Origin: Fimbriosthenelais zetlandica | Lineage: Eukaryota | NCBI GenBank assembly: GCA_977030845.1 | Contig: OZ365113.1 | Location: forward strand, 6,324,001-6,388,000 | Reading direction: 5' to 3' | Length of the DNA stretch: 64,000 nt | Shown here: in pieces, positions 61,171 through 64,000 of the stretch | How positions within the stretch are numbered: position 1 is the stretch's first letter | Layout: each line of letters starts with the position of its first letter | Made by a program: the position numbers and the translations under genes | The notes under the pieces: model-generated | What the model was told of the DNA's origin: nothing | Seen by the model: only the letters and a program-made list of their open reading frames with translations | The model's database searches: none

Positions 61171-61288
61171 CTAAAAGTAACAATTTTATATCCTTCGCCG
61201 CCTGTAAACCGTCCTCTTTTAGGTTTTTCTCAATTTGTTTACTTCTCTCCATGGCGGCTCGTTCCTCGGCACTCATAGTGCAGCCCAT
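61171..61288 (-). CDS. GNAO1: G protein alpha-o, exon 1 (118 nt coding)
   Basis: [39 protein letters not shown](G); Gly2 myristoylation and Cys3 palmitoylation motif. Confidence 0.97.
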
Positions 61289-61930
61289 GGTTGGGTATGT
61301 ATATCCTGACAGCAGCTAAACCTCCAATATCAACACACACACCAGTAAAAGTCCAGTGGAGACCAAACTGCGTTCCCACCAGCGTCCGTTCCGCGTACCC
61401 TCCTCACTCCTAACTCTTCCTCCGTCTTCTCCAGATCTCAAGGAAAAATGAATAAGACGAATTCTCAAGAAAAGGTTTCTTTTGTTAACCCTGCATAAAG
61501 CCGAATTCTCGGCTGAAAAATCGAGAAATAACGGGAGCAGTATTATAATAAAGTAATAAGCATCAATTTACTCTCTCGACCAATCAATGAGCAGCATGCC
61601 AAAGCGAGGCACGTGCCTTTTGCCGCGACGATCGATACTGAGAGAACCGTAAGGGGGATTAGAAAACGGGATATAGCTTTCACTGAAAAACTCACCGCTT
61701 CAAAATAACATCATATACCGATTATTCAAACTCTTATCTGACCCATAGATCCTTACCTCTCGATTGCTAAGCCTCCTTTAAACTTCCCAGCTCGTTTTCA
61801 AGGCGCGACAGGCGACATTTTCAGCTGAAAGGCGTCAAAATGGAAGGCTGACGGTCGATGGATAAGCCGGTTACACCCTGCCGAGCCTCACCCTACTGCA
61901 AAGGATGTGTGGTGACGTCAAGCCAGCCTA
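61289..61930 (-). promoter_or_regulatory. Galpha-o 5' UTR and proximal promoter
   Basis: CpG-enriched relative to the introns; CCAAT (~61580), E-box CACGTG (~61610) and full CRE TGACGTCA (61913-61920). Confidence 0.5.
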
Positions 61931-62651
61931 GAATTTTATGTTATCGAACATACATTATGAGCCATCCGACCAGCACACGCCCCAGATTGTGATTGCTAGG
62001 AAAAGAGCTCACCGACTCATCCAACGATGATTCCCGTCGGTTATACACTTCCCAAGCCTCCAAACCCAAACCCACTTTTGTTAAGAATGAAATTCAAGGG
62101 ATAAATTCCCCGATAGTCGCTTCCCTTAGCTGGATTTCCACCTATTTCTAGGACCTAGCCTAGAAATGCCCGCCCGCCTCATTTTATTATCATTTTATAA
62201 TGGGGACTAATGTACGTAAGGAGCGCAGTGAATTATTCTAATTATTCACCCGCCACCTGGTTCATTCCTTTTCCCGTCCCCTTGTCTTGCATTTTTTTCA
62301 AATATTTTGGCGAAAAAATTAATTTATTTTATTTAGGCCTGGAATTTCTGGGACATGGGACCTATAGACCGGTCCTGGTGGATTGTATACACCCGAGCAA
62401 GGATTCTGATTTTAGGTTGCTATGGAAACTAGTGCTGCCAGCTGGTTTCACTTTCAGTAACTACGATTTTCATTCGAACCTACCCACACCTTGTGGTATA
62501 TTTTGTAAAGGATTTGGAAAATGAGCTCCACGAAAATTATTCTAAAAACATGAAAATTCCCGTCATTACAACTTGTAGTAAACGAACAAGTCGAATTTTT
62601 TGGGGAAAATGGATGGAATAAATAAATAAATAAATCTTCTGCCTATACTTT

Positions 62652-62880
62652 AGCTAGTGGAAAATAACAGAAACATGTTAACATGTTATGTAGGGGCCAG
62701 AAAATTGAAAGTGACAAAGGGGAAATGGCTGTAAAATTAAAAGAAGTCAAAGAATGAACACAATGACAGGTAATAAACATAGTGAAGCCTAAAAGACACC
62801 ATAATATATAATATTTAGAGTGAAATAGATCCTTTGACAAACGAGTCCAGTTCCAGTTACAACCTCCCCCCCCCCCCCTG
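62652..62880 (+). repeat. ~220-bp block nearly identical to 34654-34870
   Basis: tagctagtggaaataacagaaacatg...ccagttccagttacaacct followed by poly-C in both copies. Confidence 0.85.
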
Positions 62881-64000
62881 CTCCTGGTCGCCCCCTATCT
62901 ATAGACCTACACATGTGATACATTTCCCCTTCACCTACATCTTTATCCTGTTGTATTTCTTACTGAAGAACGATGCCTGGATCGTGCATATTGACCTTTT
63001 TCTACGTATTAAAACTAGCCTAGATCCGGACATACTCATTCATAAACCCCGAACCGGTTCTTATAATATGTTAGATATAATAAATTACTTATGCGCTCGT
63101 TATTTAACTAAAAAACGGGCCCCAGGGGTCTACTTGTTACGTCCTGCTAGCTCGAGTGTCGATAAAATGATCGTAATGATACGAAGGAGTTTTGTAAATG
63201 ATTGTAATTTCGAAAAAGTATGGAGTACTTAGATTAGATAGATTTAAGATATAATAGAATGAAGAGGTCAGAGATGTAGTCCAGTTTCTAGGTGCCTCCC
63301 CACCTGGCCGAGATAACATAAGATAAGCCAATAAGATAAGACAAGTACATGAATAAAGTACATCTATTAAGTAGTCACAAGTTTCCACTTATGGAATTTC
63401 CCATGGCCTGCAGTCACCTTACATCCGTCATTCCGGCAGGGTTAGCTATGAATGACATTAGGGACCATCTCAAAGACTCTCAACTAATTAATCTACTGTT
63501 TTAAAGGACCTAGAAAACAAAATTTAGAAAACAAAACTTGCAAACTTTTGAGATGGCCCCTTAGCTGAATTTGTTTTCGATATAAATATCTGCATGTTAT
63601 AAATCGTTAATTTAAATAATGGTATGATATGATATTTTCTTAATTTTCACCTCAACCTTTATTTGCATAAAATATTCCCAATGTGTACACTAACTCTTGG
63701 TCAACCGTGGCATGTTTTTTTTTAAATAGAAAATTCAGACATTACATAAAGTAATATAAGTAACCGTGGCATAAAATGTGATGCTCTATTTCCGTGCGAA
63801 TAACTAAATGTAAATATATTACAATGCCAAATTCCAACCCCAAAATTATTGTTGGCTTAGTATTACTAAATATTCCTTGTGAATCGGGCCCAATTACATG
63901 ACATGTGCATGTTATAATAATATAGTCTACCTTGAAATGTTTCAAATTTGTTTCAACTTACATGTTCATCTATTCTCGAGTACCCATGTACTTCCTCAGC

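Overview
AT-rich animal genomic DNA with spliceosomal introns, most likely an invertebrate; the G-alpha-o sequence looks lophotrochozoan (inference). The window has five zones. (1) 1-9.7 kb: a dense patchwork of short, decayed fragments from many transposon classes (pogo, Gypsy, hAT, LINE, Copia, BEL/Pao, DUF6589-like), with every recognisable coding fragment on the + strand. (2) 9689-14786: a young non-autonomous LTR element with identical LTR segments, a PBS and a PPT. It has no capsid, protease, RT or integrase, but carries one intact 705-codon ORF (helix-hairpin-helix + coiled coil + frame-preserving acidic repeats + remnant Pol linker) and an unusual A-B-A / B internal duplication. (3) 15654-16969: two-exon TP53RK/Bud32 kinase. 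(4) 18.3-23.7 kb: two orphan single-exon ORFs on the - strand. (5) 31213-61288 (- strand): a complete G-alpha-o gene whose exon sizes (118/43/142/161/129/130/154/188) sum to 354 aa. It has two intact, synonymously diverged copies of exon 5 (switch I), consistent with mutually exclusive splicing, and a candidate hairpin-forming poison microexon just downstream. The introns hold many MITEs, nested non-autonomous DNA transposons, a tRNA-SINE and satellites. All domain calls come from recognising motifs by eye; no database search was run. Coordinates of decayed repeats are approximate.
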